A DNA stretch of 64,000 bases from a bacterium (GCA_965221165.1 CBDCRP010000002.1:64001-128000), one strand, 5' to 3'. Positions 41,947 through 51,270 are shown, counted from the first letter of the stretch. Notes: a model not told the origin generated them from the sequence alone. Translations and numbers: made by a program.

Positions 41947-42858
41947 TTACTTGAAAGCGGTGATCAGCACGCCGCCCGCCACGACCATCAGCGCCGCCGC
42001 GACGATGCGCGAGGTGATGCGCTCGAGCCCGCCCAGGAAGAAATAGGTCCACAAGACCACCCACAGGGGCACGAGCCTGCTCAGCGGCATCACCGTCGAG
42101 ACGGGGGCGATGATCATCGCCGTCCAGAACATGATGGCCGCCAGCGTGGTGGTGATTCCTGCGCCGAGAAACAAGTAAACGGCCCTCGCGTCGGCTTCGA
42201 GCTTGCCGCCATCGGGCAGCAGGGGACGCGTTACCGCGAGGAGGAGGGTTCCGGCCGTGAAGGCGCAGGCGAAGCCCATGATGGGGGTTTTCTGGTAGGA
42301 GAACGCGACGTTCGCCAGAACGGGCAGTAGAGCATAGGAGAGCGCGGAGGTGAGCGGATAGACGAGCGCTCCCTGAAAGAAACTCTTGAAACTCTGACCG
42401 CTGCGCCGCTCGCCCAGCGAGAGCAGGCAGACGCCCGCCACGATGAGGAAGATCCCCATCGCCACGCCGACGCCGGGCCGCTCGCCCAGGAAAATCATGG
42501 CGAAGGTGACCGAGAATATGGGGGTGGACGATTGTATGGGAACGGAGCGGCTCACGCCCATCTTCTCGATGCCGATGGCGCTGGTGAACTGACCCACGCC
42601 CTGCCCCAGGCACCCGCCGAGCATGAAGAGCAATACGGGAGTGAGGGTGGATTCCTGGAGCGTGCCGCGAGCGGCGGCGATGACGAGCCCCAGCACCGAG
42701 ACCGTCGCGCTCATGATCAGGACGCCCGCTATCGGCGTCGCGCTGCGCACCCCCTGGCGGATGGCGATGAGGGACGTCGAATAGGAGAGAGAAGCCCCTA
42801 TCGCCAGCAATTCCCCCCAGCCTGCTTGTGCGAAAAGACCCGACATTTTATGACTCAC
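41947..42858 (-). CDS. EamA/DMT-family transporter
   Basis: Paralogue of the previous gene; FLGERP. Confidence 0.85.
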   Translation of the reverse strand: MSHKMSGLFAQAGWGELLAIGASLSYSTSLIAIRQGVRSATPIAGVLIMSATVSVLGLVIAAARGTLQESTLTPVLLFMLGGCLGQGVGQFTSAIGIEKMGVSRSVPIQSSTPIFSVTFAMIFLGERPGVGVAMGIFLIVAGVCLLSLGERRSGQSFKSFFQGALVYPLTSALSYALLPVLANVAFSYQKTPIMGFACAFTAGTLLLAVTRPLLPDGGKLEADARAVYLFLGAGITTTLAAIMFWTAMIIAPVSTVMPLSRLVPLWVVLWTYFFLGGLERITSRIVAAALMVVAGGVLITAFK

Positions 42859-42892
42859 TGCTCATCGATGATTCGCCTCGTTATCGGGACTG

Positions 42893-43264
42893 CTAGCGAA
42901 ACAGGGTGATCATCATCCCGCCGGCCACGACGAGACAGGCGGAAACCGCCGTTTTAGGGGCCACGCGCTCGATTTTCCCCAGAAACAGAAGGCTGAGCAA
43001 AATCACCCACAGGGGCGTCATCCGGCTAAGCGGCAAGACGCTCGACACCATGCCCGCCACGAACGCCGTCCACATCAGATAAGCGGCGATGATGTTGAAC
43101 GGAAGCCCCACCAGGCTCACCACCGAATTCAGGACGATAATGCTCATCAGGGGGCTTCCGGTCGTCATCGCCCGGCGCACCGATACGAGCGTGATGGAAT
43201 AGCTGAACGAGGTCGCCACGGCGAGAAATTCTGGACTTCCCCATCATGATATCCACTCGACCAT
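42893..43264 (-). pseudogene. EamA pseudogene (nonsense codon plus large internal deletion)
   Basis: MVEWIS-TGA-WGSPEFLAVATSFSY; the N-terminal helices join directly to the C-terminal PLSR...ERV helices. Confidence 0.75.
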
Positions 43265-43427
43265 GCGCGGGACTATACACCGCGAATCCCGCCGAGGCGA
43301 GGAGACGGCCGAAAACCATCCAGGGCGCGGCTCCGCGCGCCTCGCCTCTGGCCACATGCCCGCTCGGAGGATAGAATACGGCCATTCAACAGCTTGATTC
43401 ACCAATTCCATGAACGGGAGAGAGAAA

Positions 43428-43739
43428 ATGGCGGATGAGAGAGTATTCCTGATCGCGTGGCTCAAACCAAAGCCTGAAAAAGAAAACGAACTGGCAGAAC
43501 TTTTAGGAGGCATGTGCGCCCCCTCGCGCGCCGAGGAGGGGTGTATTTTCTACAATCTCTTCAAGGCAACGGACGAGGCGGGCGCCTTTCATTTCATCGA
43601 GTGCTGGAAATCACAGGCCGCCCTGGATGCGCACCGCGAAGAGCCGCACTACAAGAATTTCCGGGAGAAACTGCCTGATCTGCTCGCAGAACCCGTGGGC
43701 GTGAAATTCCTCGAAGCCCTCGATTCGACGATGGGGTGA
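43428..43739 (+). CDS. ABM-domain protein (putative quinol monooxygenase)
   Basis: SRAEEGCIFY, E.W.S.AALDAH and PHY. Confidence 0.85.
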   Translation: MADERVFLIAWLKPKPEKENELAELLGGMCAPSRAEEGCIFYNLFKATDEAGAFHFIECWKSQAALDAHREEPHYKNFREKLPDLLAEPVGVKFLEALDSTMG

Positions 43740-43780
43740 TGTTCGCGCAAGAAAGGGCTTTCGGGTCTAACCGGCGGAGT

Positions 43781-44262
43781 GTAGGGACAGGTCGCGACCT
43801 ATCCCTACGGAACCAGGGGGCAGTTCGAACGCGGGAGAACACACAGGTGGCAGACATATATGTCTGACCCTACAAAACCAGCGCAACCTCTCCCCTTGGA
43901 TTGGGATCGACCCGCAGGGACAGGCCCCTGTGCCTGTCCGGCAAAGAGCGACCACGGGGGGCAGAGACGACCCCGAGGAGGGGCTCGTCCCCCTACAAAT
44001 TGATGCCTGGCTCACCGTCATTCCGGCGTATGCCGGAATCCAGAGAATTTCGTATTTGCGCCTTTTGTTTGCACCTTAATTCCCGTCCGGTCGGAGAGGG
44101 GATGAATTGCCGAAATATGTCCATCTAATCGGTTCTGGATTCCGGCATTCGCCGCAACGACGATCAAAACGAAAAGCGGGAGAACACACAGGTGGCAGAC
44201 ATATATGTCTGACCCTACAAAATCATCACGTCTCCCGTAGGGGCGGACCTGTGTTTCCGCCC
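43781..44262. repeat. REP-like palindrome cluster 1 (GTAG and CGTC types)
   Basis: GTAGGG..CCCTAC at 43781-43808; CGTCATTCCGGC..GCCGGAATCCAG at 44016-44043 and inverted at 44135-44162; 47-bp exact direct repeat at 43831-43877 and 44176-44222. Confidence 0.8.
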
Positions 44263-44308
44263 ACAATTCTCGACTGATCGCCGGTAACGCAGTGGCACCT
44301 GCTCACGC

Positions 44309-45103
44309 TTACCAGAGGGATTTCAGCCTGCCGCCGTCGAGATTGAGAGATATTCCGGTGATGTAGCTCGCCCTCTCCGAACAAAGAAAGACGATGGCGT
44401 CGGCCAGTTCTTCGGGCTTGCCGAAGCGGCCCAGCGCGTTTTTTCGCGCCGCCCGGCGGCGGGCCTCTTCTTCGGAACAGGCGGCCAGTTCGGCGGCAAG
44501 GCCCTCGGCGTTCATTCTCCAGAGTGCCGTATCCACCCAGCCGGGGCACACCGCGTTCACGTGAATTCCCGCTTCTCCAAATTCGGCGGAGAGCGATTTC
44601 GTCATGTTCAAGAGCGCGCTGTTCGTCATGCCGCTCCCGAACATATAGGGGTCCGGCTCTTTGCCCGCGCCCCCGATGATGTTCACGATGCGGCCCCACC
44701 CCCTGGCGCGCATCTCGGGCTCCACCAAGCGGATGAGCCTCAGGAAACCGAACAGCTTGGTGTCGAGTTGTTTCTGAAGAGCGGGGTCGTCGAGCGCTTC
44801 GAATCTGCCCGAACTCATGGTGCCCGCGTTGTTCACGAGAATGTCGATTGCCCCCAGTTTTTCCTGCGCGCGCTCCACCAGGGGCGCGAGTTCCGCGTCG
44901 TTCGACGTGTCCGCCACCGCGTAATGGATTTCCCCTCCCGTCTCGGCGGCGAGCCCGGCGCAGGTTTCGGCGAGGGCTTCCTCGTTTCTCGCGCAAGTGA
45001 AGACCCTCGCCCCCTCTTCCAGAAAACGTCTGACCGTCTCGCGGCCGATGCCCCGGCTCCCGCCCGTCACCAGGGCCGATTTTCCTTTGACCTTTAAGTC
45101 CAC
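44309..45103 (-). CDS. Short-chain dehydrogenase/reductase
   Basis: TGGSRGIG, NNAG and VNAVCPG; GTG start after GAGAGG; lacks the canonical YxxxK. Confidence 0.85.
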   Translation of the reverse strand: MDLKVKGKSALVTGGSRGIGRETVRRFLEEGARVFTCARNEEALAETCAGLAAETGGEIHYAVADTSNDAELAPLVERAQEKLGAIDILVNNAGTMSSGRFEALDDPALQKQLDTKLFGFLRLIRLVEPEMRARGWGRIVNIIGGAGKEPDPYMFGSGMTNSALLNMTKSLSAEFGEAGIHVNAVCPGWVDTALWRMNAEGLAAELAACSEEEARRRAARKNALGRFGKPEELADAIVFLCSERASYITGISLNLDGGRLKSLW

Positions 45104-45201
45104 GGTTTTCCTCTCATCGAAAAAGGCGCAGGAGCCTTTGGATAACGAAACGCCTGCGCTCCTATATTCCGACAATTCCTCTCATCCGACGTGGTTGTCT
45201 C

Positions 45202-45461
45202 GTAGGGGCCGCATATATGCGGCCCCATGGGTTGATTTTCGCCGCTTTCCCAAGGATGGACGGCGACCGAAGGGGTTGTCGGCGCGTTTGGATTTCTCTC
45301 GTCGGCGCGGGCCGCATGTATGCGGCCCCTACAACCACAATTCCCCTTCTCTGGTTAAAATAGACCCTCAAGGGAGGAGTGATTTCCAACTTCCCATCGC
45401 ATGAATCCCGTTACAAGGGGCATTCTCATCCGCCTGGATTCCGGCATACGCCGGAATGACG
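45202..45461. repeat. REP-like palindrome cluster 2
   Basis: Inverted GTAG pair at 45202-45226 and 45309-45332; CGTC-type copy at 45434-45461. Confidence 0.8.
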
Positions 45462-45482
45462 ACGAACACAGCCCCACCCCGC

Positions 45483-46073
45483 CTATCCCGAAACCTGCGC
45501 GACCTCGTCCCATTCTTTCCAGCCGATGATGTCGTCTGGCGGCTCCACGGGGTTGTGGAGACCATCCTGCAAACGGTTCCAGGCGTTGAACAGGCATGTG
45601 AACAAGGTGAGTTCCACGATATCCTTTTCGCTGAAAAAATCTTTAAGCGGCGCAAAACAGGCGTCATCGGCCGCGGCCGTGTTCCGCGTCAGGGCGGTGG
45701 CCCAGCGGATCACGGCTTTTTCCCGCTCATCGAATAATTCGCTGTCTTCCCATCCATCGACTATCAACGCGACATGCTCATCGTTCAAACCGGCAGCTTG
45801 ACCAAGCTTTACGTTGTGGTTCGTTCATATCTCGCAATCGTTGATGAGAGAGGGCGTGAGAATCGCCAACTGCATCAGGCGCATTCTGGCCGGCTCGGCC
45901 CGCCACTGGCTTCTGAGAGCCACCGTCAGGCTCATGATGTGACGCAACGCCTCGGGCGAGTGCCCCAAAGCCCGGTAGAAGCTGGGCACCGTGCCCCATC
46001 TTTCCCTCGATTGTTCGAACAGCGGCTCATGATCGCCTTTGGCGTCATCGGGAATCGGCGTGATTCTCGGCAT
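45483..46073 (-). CDS. AhpD/carboxymuconolactone-decarboxylase-like selenoprotein (CxxU; TGA 45827-45825)
   Basis: Two in-frame ORFs are joined by TGA into SLINDCEI-U-TNHNVKLGQAAGL, matching S..N.CxxC..H; AAGGAGG RBS; downstream FDEREKA..WA and IVELT..FNAWNR. Confidence 0.88.
45787..45824 (-). promoter_or_regulatory. Putative bacterial SECIS element
   Basis: AGCTT-GGTC-AAGCT hairpin with a G-initiated loop 21 nt after the UGA; AACC/GGTT lower stem. Confidence 0.7.
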
Positions 46074-46149
46074 CTCGGCGTCCTCCTTCGGGATATGCAA
46101 CAAAATATCGCGCGGTTGTTTTCACTATTTTTAGCAGATTTTTGGGGTC

Positions 46150-46203
46150 GCCACCAAGGGGTCAAACCCTCCCTTCCCCGGTCGGGTTTGACCCCTTGGT
46201 GGC
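46150..46203. repeat. Perfect 20-bp inverted repeat with a TCCCTTCCCCGGTC loop
   Basis: GCCACCAAGGGGTCAAACCC / GGGTTTGACCCCTTGGTGGC. Confidence 0.85.
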
Positions 46204-46440
46204 CCGCCTTTCGTTTTGGTTGTCAATGCGCCCTGTAGTGGCCGCAAATATGCGGCCCACGCAGACAAAAGAAATTCACACGCCCCGACAATCCCCCGGT
46301 CGCCGCCATCCTTGCAATAGCGGTGAGAATCAAACCACGGGTCGCATACATGCGTGGGGCGGCCCCAAGGAGGGACCGCCACCTACAATCCCTTGCGCCG
46401 TCTCCCCTGCCCATTCCATCCGCAAACCCGAATTCCCCCT

Positions 46441-46469
46441 TTGCGATGCGCCTCGCCCCTTGCTATAAG
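46441..46469 (+). promoter_or_regulatory. Putative sigma70 promoter
   Basis: TTGCGA-17 nt-TATAAG with TG extension, upstream of 46505. Confidence 0.4.
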
Positions 46470-46504
46470 TCGCCTTGCCGCACGATTGATAAAAGGAAAC
46501 CCCG

Positions 46505-47212
46505 ATGGAGCATCAGAAAATTCTCATCATCGCAGCCCACCCGGACGACATCGAGTTTCGCTCGGCCGGCTCGGTCGCCAAATGGACCCGTGAGGGCAGG
46601 CGCGTGGAGTATTGCCTCGCCACGAGCGGGGACAAGGGCGTGAACGGCCCCGAATCGCGCCGCATGACCATCGAAGAAAAAAGAGCGATTCGCGAGAGCG
46701 AGCAACGCGCGGCGGCTGCGGTCGTGGGCGTGGAGAAGGTGCATTTCCTGCGCCATACGGACGGGGAAGTGCGAAACACCACCGAGCTCAGGCGCGACCT
46801 CGTGCGCGTGATGAGGGAGTGCAAACCGGACCTCGTGATCGCCGACGACCCGGCGAACGACGCCTTCGACAGCTTCTACGGCTACCACGGCGATCACCGC
46901 GCCGTCGCCAAGTCGGCCTTCGACGCGCTCTATCCCGCCGTGGGGAACGAGAATTATTTTCCAGAACTGCTGGCGGAGGGTCTCGAACCGCACACGCCCA
47001 AAGAGGCGTATTTCAAGACGATTCGCGGCGCCGACACCTGGGTGGACATCGCCGATACGTTCGACCTCAAAATTAAAGCGCTCCAATGCCACAAGAGCCA
47101 GATCAATTCGTCCGAAGACCTGATCACCCACCTGCGCAACTGGGCGAAGCGCTCGGGTGAGGGAGGCGGCCTCGAGTGCGCCGAATCCTACCGGCGCATG
47201 GAAGTGCCGTAG
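46505..47212 (+). CDS. PIG-L family deacetylase
   Basis: AHPDD, TSGDKG, R..EQ, HGDH and HKSQ. Confidence 0.9.
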   Translation: MEHQKILIIAAHPDDIEFRSAGSVAKWTREGRRVEYCLATSGDKGVNGPESRRMTIEEKRAIRESEQRAAAAVVGVEKVHFLRHTDGEVRNTTELRRDLVRVMRECKPDLVIADDPANDAFDSFYGYHGDHRAVAKSAFDALYPAVGNENYFPELLAEGLEPHTPKEAYFKTIRGADTWVDIADTFDLKIKALQCHKSQINSSEDLITHLRNWAKRSGEGGGLECAESYRRMEVP

Positions 47213-47252
47213 TAGGGAGAACCATTGTGTTAGCTCAGATTTCGCTTTTGTT

Positions 47253-47803
47253 CGTCATTCCGGCGCATGCTGGTGGCAACCGGGGGGTTGACCAGAACCG
47301 TCAGGAATCGCCAACATCGCAAACCGACCATCAAAACCGATAAAATCAAAATCAAAGACAAAACCACTGAATTCCGGCATGCGCCGGAATGACGGTGATC
47401 CAGGCATCATTGGTAGGGGAGGGCCCCTGCGCCCGCCCTTTTTTCGTTTTGCTCCCCTCCTGAAATGGTTTCGCCCGCTACCGTAGGGGCGGTTCGCGAA
47501 CCACCCCTACGGAAACCCCTGCGAATCACTATGAAGGCGCAGGGAGGACAGGCACAGGGGCTTGTCCCTACGGAAAAACGAAGGAGGGCGTGATTTCCAA
47601 CCTCCCATTACGTCCCGCCCCTCAAGGTCAGCAATTCCTTCCTCCTCGGGCGGAATTGACCCTCCTTTTTCAGTCGGCAAACTGCAATCGCTCCCTCCTC
47701 AGTCGCGATTGACCTCACCGCTCGTCGGTTCCTCCCGCATTGGTCAGAATCGATCCTCGCTTCTCGGTCGGCAAACTCTCCCTACTCGGTCGAGTTTGAC
47801 CTT
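47253..47803. repeat. REP-like cluster 3 plus a multi-hairpin element
   Basis: CGTC copies at 47253 and 47367-47394; GTAG copies at 47413, 47483-47510 and near 47545-47571; three 7-bp-stem hairpins within 47624-47803. Confidence 0.75.
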
Positions 47804-47869
47804 GCAGAAAATACCCAAATGCTTACACTAGGGCTTCCAACAACTTCTTTCGTTCGCGTGAGGGGCCAC

Positions 47870-49738
47870 ATGCTCGGATATCAAGGAAAAATTCTGCACA
47901 TCGACCTAAGCAACCGCACGTCCCGCATCGAGGAATTCGGCGAGGACATGGGCCGCAAATACCTGGGCGGAAACGGCTTTGGGGCCAAAATTCTCTGGGA
48001 TCACTTAAAGTCGGGTGTCGACCCGCTTTCCGAAGAAAACATCATCGCCTTCGCCGTGGGGCCGTACACGGATTCCGCCGTGCCCAGCGCGAGCCGGGCT
48101 TGCGCCGCCGCCATCAGCCCGCTTACGGGGCTTTTCTTCGACAGCACATTCGGGGGCGCCTGGCCCATCACCTTGAAACGCACCGGGCATGATGCCGTCG
48201 TCCTCTACGGGAAGGCGGATTCCCTGGTCTATCTCCTGCTTACGGAAAGCGGCGTGGAATTCAAGGACGCGAACCATTTGAAGGGAAAATGGATTCGCGA
48301 GACGTGCGATACCATTTCCGATAGCGAAGGCGGCACCGACGTATTGGCCATCGGCCCTGCGGGCGAGAACCAGGTGCGCTTCGCGGCCATGGCGCACACC
48401 TGGCGAAAAAGCCGCGACGGCATCAGCGGACGCGGCGGCATGGCGGCCGTTCTGGGGAGTAAGAACGTCAAGGCCATCGCCGTACGCGGCAAGGTGAAAA
48501 CCGCCTTCGCAGACGCCAAGGCGCTGAGAACTTACGTGAACGAGACCGCCGGGGACGTGCGCACGGGCACGGCGGCGCTCCACAAATACGGCACGCCGAT
48601 TCTCGTCAACATGATCAACAAGATGGGAGCGCTCGGCACGCGCAACCTCATGAGCGAGATTTTCGAGAACTGCGAACCCATCAGCGGCGAGTACATGCAC
48701 GATAATTTTCTGGACAAGCACACCACCTGCCTCAAATGTCCCGTGGCGTGCGGCAAGAATTTCAAGATGAAAGGCGGCGATTTCGACGGCCTCGTGTGGA
48801 AACTCCCCGAGTACGAGACCATCTTCGCGCTGGGAACCATGCTGGGCATCGGCGACCCGGGCGTCATGCTTCAGGCGAACATGCTTTGCGACGAACTGGG
48901 GCTGGACACGATATCCGCAGGCGTCACGCTCTCGCTCGCATTCGAGTGCCTGGAAAAAGGACTCCTGAGCGAAGCGGAAGTCGGCGAGCCGCTCAACTGG
49001 GGCGATTCCGCCACCATGCTCAGGCTTTTGGAGGAAATGTCCGTCCGCAAGGGGTTTGGCGACAGGCTCGCGGAAGGCGGCAAGCGCCTGGCCGCTGAAA
49101 TAGGCGGCGACGCTCCCAATCTGCTCTATGCTTCGCGTGGGCTCGAACTTCCGGCGCACAGCGCGCGCGCGCTCAAGGGCATGTCCATCGGCTACGCCAC
49201 GGGTACGAGGGGCGGCAGCCACCACGACACCCGCCCCACCCTGCAATACGCTTCCGACCACGACAACACCTCGACCGACGGCAAGCCCGCCTTCGCCGTG
49301 CGCACCCAGAATTTCACCGCGTTTGGCGATTCCATCACCCAATGCCGCTTCACGGCGGAGCGCGGCTACGGCGCGATGATCAACGAGAAATACGCCGAGA
49401 TGCTCAACCTCGCGACCGGTTGGGACACGACGGCAGCGGAGCTCGAAGAAACCGGCGAGCGCATCTGCAACCTGGAACGCGCCCTCCACGTGCGCGAAGG
49501 AGTGAGCCGCGCAGACGACATGCTCCCCTACAAGGTGATGCACGAGCCGATTCCCGACGGGCCGCACAAGGGGATGCACTGCCCGCCTGATGAGCTCGAA
49601 GGCATGAAAAACGAGTTCTACGGCATCAGGGGCTGGGATGAGAACGGCTTCCCTACGGCGGCGACGCTCAAAAGGCTCAAACTCGACGACGTGGCCGAAG
49701 CGCTGGCCACCTCGGGCAACGGCGGGAGCGCGGGTTGA
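47870..49738 (+). CDS. aor: Aldehyde:ferredoxin oxidoreductase (tungsten AOR family)
   Basis: GKILHIDLS, YLGGNG, SPLTG, GRGGMAAVLGSKNVKA, CLKCPVAC, PEYET, GLDTISAG and RGWDENG. Confidence 0.92.
   Translation: MLGYQGKILHIDLSNRTSRIEEFGEDMGRKYLGGNGFGAKILWDHLKSGVDPLSEENIIAFAVGPYTDSAVPSASRACAAAISPLTGLFFDSTFGGAWPITLKRTGHDAVVLYGKADSLVYLLLTESGVEFKDANHLKGKWIRETCDTISDSEGGTDVLAIGPAGENQVRFAAMAHTWRKSRDGISGRGGMAAVLGSKNVKAIAVRGKVKTAFADAKALRTYVNETAGDVRTGTAALHKYGTPILVNMINKMGALGTRNLMSEIFENCEPISGEYMHDNFLDKHTTCLKCPVACGKNFKMKGGDFDGLVWKLPEYETIFALGTMLGIGDPGVMLQANMLCDELGLDTISAGVTLSLAFECLEKGLLSEAEVGEPLNWGDSATMLRLLEEMSVRKGFGDRLAEGGKRLAAEIGGDAPNLLYASRGLELPAHSARALKGMSIGYATGTRGGSHHDTRPTLQYASDHDNTSTDGKPAFAVRTQNFTAFGDSITQCRFTAERGYGAMINEKYAEMLNLATGWDTTAAELEETGERICNLERALHVREGVSRADDMLPYKVMHEPIPDGPHKGMHCPPDELEGMKNEFYGIRGWDENGFPTAATLKRLKLDDVAEALATSGNGGSAG
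49652..49738 (+). repeat. Copy 1 of the 87-bp aor 3'-end duplication
   Basis: Near-identical to 50881-50967. Confidence 0.9.
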
Positions 49739-49775
49739 GGGACGTATCGCGCGATCGCTCTGAAAAAGTGAGCAC

Positions 49776-50504
49776 ATGACCACGAACTATCTGCGCCTCA
49801 CCCAAGGGTTTGAGGTTTTGACCAAAGTTCTGGCGTCTTATGTCGCACGAGAACTTCGAGTGGTATATGGCGAGCGTTGGTGGGGCCGAGGCGTCATTGG
49901 CGTTCTATACGAGGATCAAAAACGTGACCTCCCAACTGATGGCAAGGACGAGATTCTGACATCCACGCTCGACATAGCTCGTTGCCTGAGGCTCATGGAT
50001 ATCCATTGGCGCGATCTGTTCGGACGCAAGCTCAAGCGCGAGCACCGCGCCTGGCTCAACGAATTGATCGACACACGGAACAAATGGGCGCATCAAGGTT
50101 CCCTAGATATGCGGGACGACGATGCTTGGCGAGCGCTCGACACCATGAGGCGCCTCGTCGAGCCAATGGACGCGCAGGCTACCGAGCAACTACGCTCGCT
50201 CGCACACACTGTACTTCACAATAGAGAAGACCCACTCAAGCTGCAGGAACGCGAAAAAGTTAAAACAACGGAAATAAGGAACCATGGAAAACGCTCAAAT
50301 CAAAACACGACCGACCCAGGATACAATAACAAGAACAATCAGACAGTGATTCGAAAAACAGACCTTCCCGGCAATCACCACAATCAAAAACTCTACGTCC
50401 TGCGATGCGAGGAGTGCCGCCATGAGTATGGAGCCAATGGCGCAGACATCTGGCTAAGACGGTGCCCGAATTGTCAAGGCGGCGCAGCCGGACTTCCTTA
50501 TTGA
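49776..50504 (+). CDS. Swt1-like HEPN domain fused to a C-terminal Zn-ribbon-like domain
   Basis: W..LF, RNKWAH (Rx4H) and RALDTM.RL; C-terminal CEEC..YGANG.DI...CPNCQGG. Confidence 0.75.
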   Translation: MTTNYLRLTQGFEVLTKVLASYVARELRVVYGERWWGRGVIGVLYEDQKRDLPTDGKDEILTSTLDIARCLRLMDIHWRDLFGRKLKREHRAWLNELIDTRNKWAHQGSLDMRDDDAWRALDTMRRLVEPMDAQATEQLRSLAHTVLHNREDPLKLQEREKVKTTEIRNHGKRSNQNTTDPGYNNKNNQTVIRKTDLPGNHHNQKLYVLRCEECRHEYGANGADIWLRRCPNCQGGAAGLPY

Positions 50505-50636
50505 TACCCCAATCCTCTCACCCCTGAACGAAAATTCGTATTGAGCAACTTGCACGTATCTCCCCTATTTTCAGATTTCGCCACTGCCTTCGAATCAGAG
50601 ATAATTCTAATGTTTGTTGCTCTTCTGATAGAGCCT

Positions 50637-50879
50637 CCACCCCGCCCGGTGGATGATCTCGCTCCCTCCCTCCTCGGTCGGGAAACAACCAACCCGTGCG
50701 CAATCCATTTGGCTTCTCTCGCCGCCGAAAAGCCACCCCGCCCGGTGGATGATCTCGCTCCCTCCCTCCTCGGTCGGGAAACAACCAACCCGTGCGCAGT
50801 CCATTTGGCTTCTCTCGCCGCCGAAAAGCCACCCCACCCGGTGGATGATCTCGCTCCCTCCCTTCTCGGTCGGGAGCGA
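50637..50879. repeat. 96-bp tandem repeat, about 2.5 copies
   Basis: Units begin at 50637, 50733 and 50829. Confidence 0.9.
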
Positions 50880-50880
50880 C

Positions 50881-50967
50881 CCCACAGCGGCGACGCTCAA
50901 AAGGCTCAAACTCGACGACGTGGCCGAAGAACTGGCCACCTCGGGCAACGGCAACGGCGCGGGTTAA
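50881..50967 (+). repeat. Copy 2 of the aor 3' end (orphan gene tail)
   Basis: Encodes PTAATLKRLKLDDVAEELATSGNGNGAG-TAA versus aor PTAATLKRLKLDDVAEALATSGNGGSAG-TGA. Confidence 0.9.
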
Positions 50968-51024
50968 GAGCAGGCATTACCAAAACGATTCATCCGGGAT
51001 AGCCGCCGGGCGGTCCTGAGACAA

Positions 51025-51051
51025 GTAGGGGCGGTTCGCGAACCGCCCTAC
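51025..51051. repeat. GTAG-type REP
   Basis: GTAGGGGCGGTTCGCGAACCGCCCTAC, near-identical to 47483-47510. Confidence 0.8.
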
Positions 51052-51270
51052 AAAAGGCGCGTTCCCCTCATCCCTGTTCAAAAACCACCCGAAAACCGCA
51101 GACATCGCCTTCTCGGGGCAACGCGCGAGAATCCCCGCCGCAGGAGCCCATCAACGGGTCTCGTCCTTGGTGCATCTTCCCGCATTTGCCGTCACGGTGT
51201 TTTCAGGGCAATGCGCGAGAATCCCTGCGCGCAAGCTAAGGGTTCTGCGTCGATAAGGCGGCTGAGGAAT

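Noticed and set aside
43244-43246. In-frame TGA in the third EamA gene as Sec
   Set aside because: Not a Cys or redox position, and the gene also has a large deletion; a nonsense mutation is more likely
43831-44222. 47-bp direct repeats as CRISPR or att sites
   Set aside because: Only two copies 345 bp apart, both ending in the REP-type CCCTAC; explained as REP elements
50637-50879. CRISPR array
   Set aside because: Whole 96-bp units repeat with no unique spacers, and there are no cas genes
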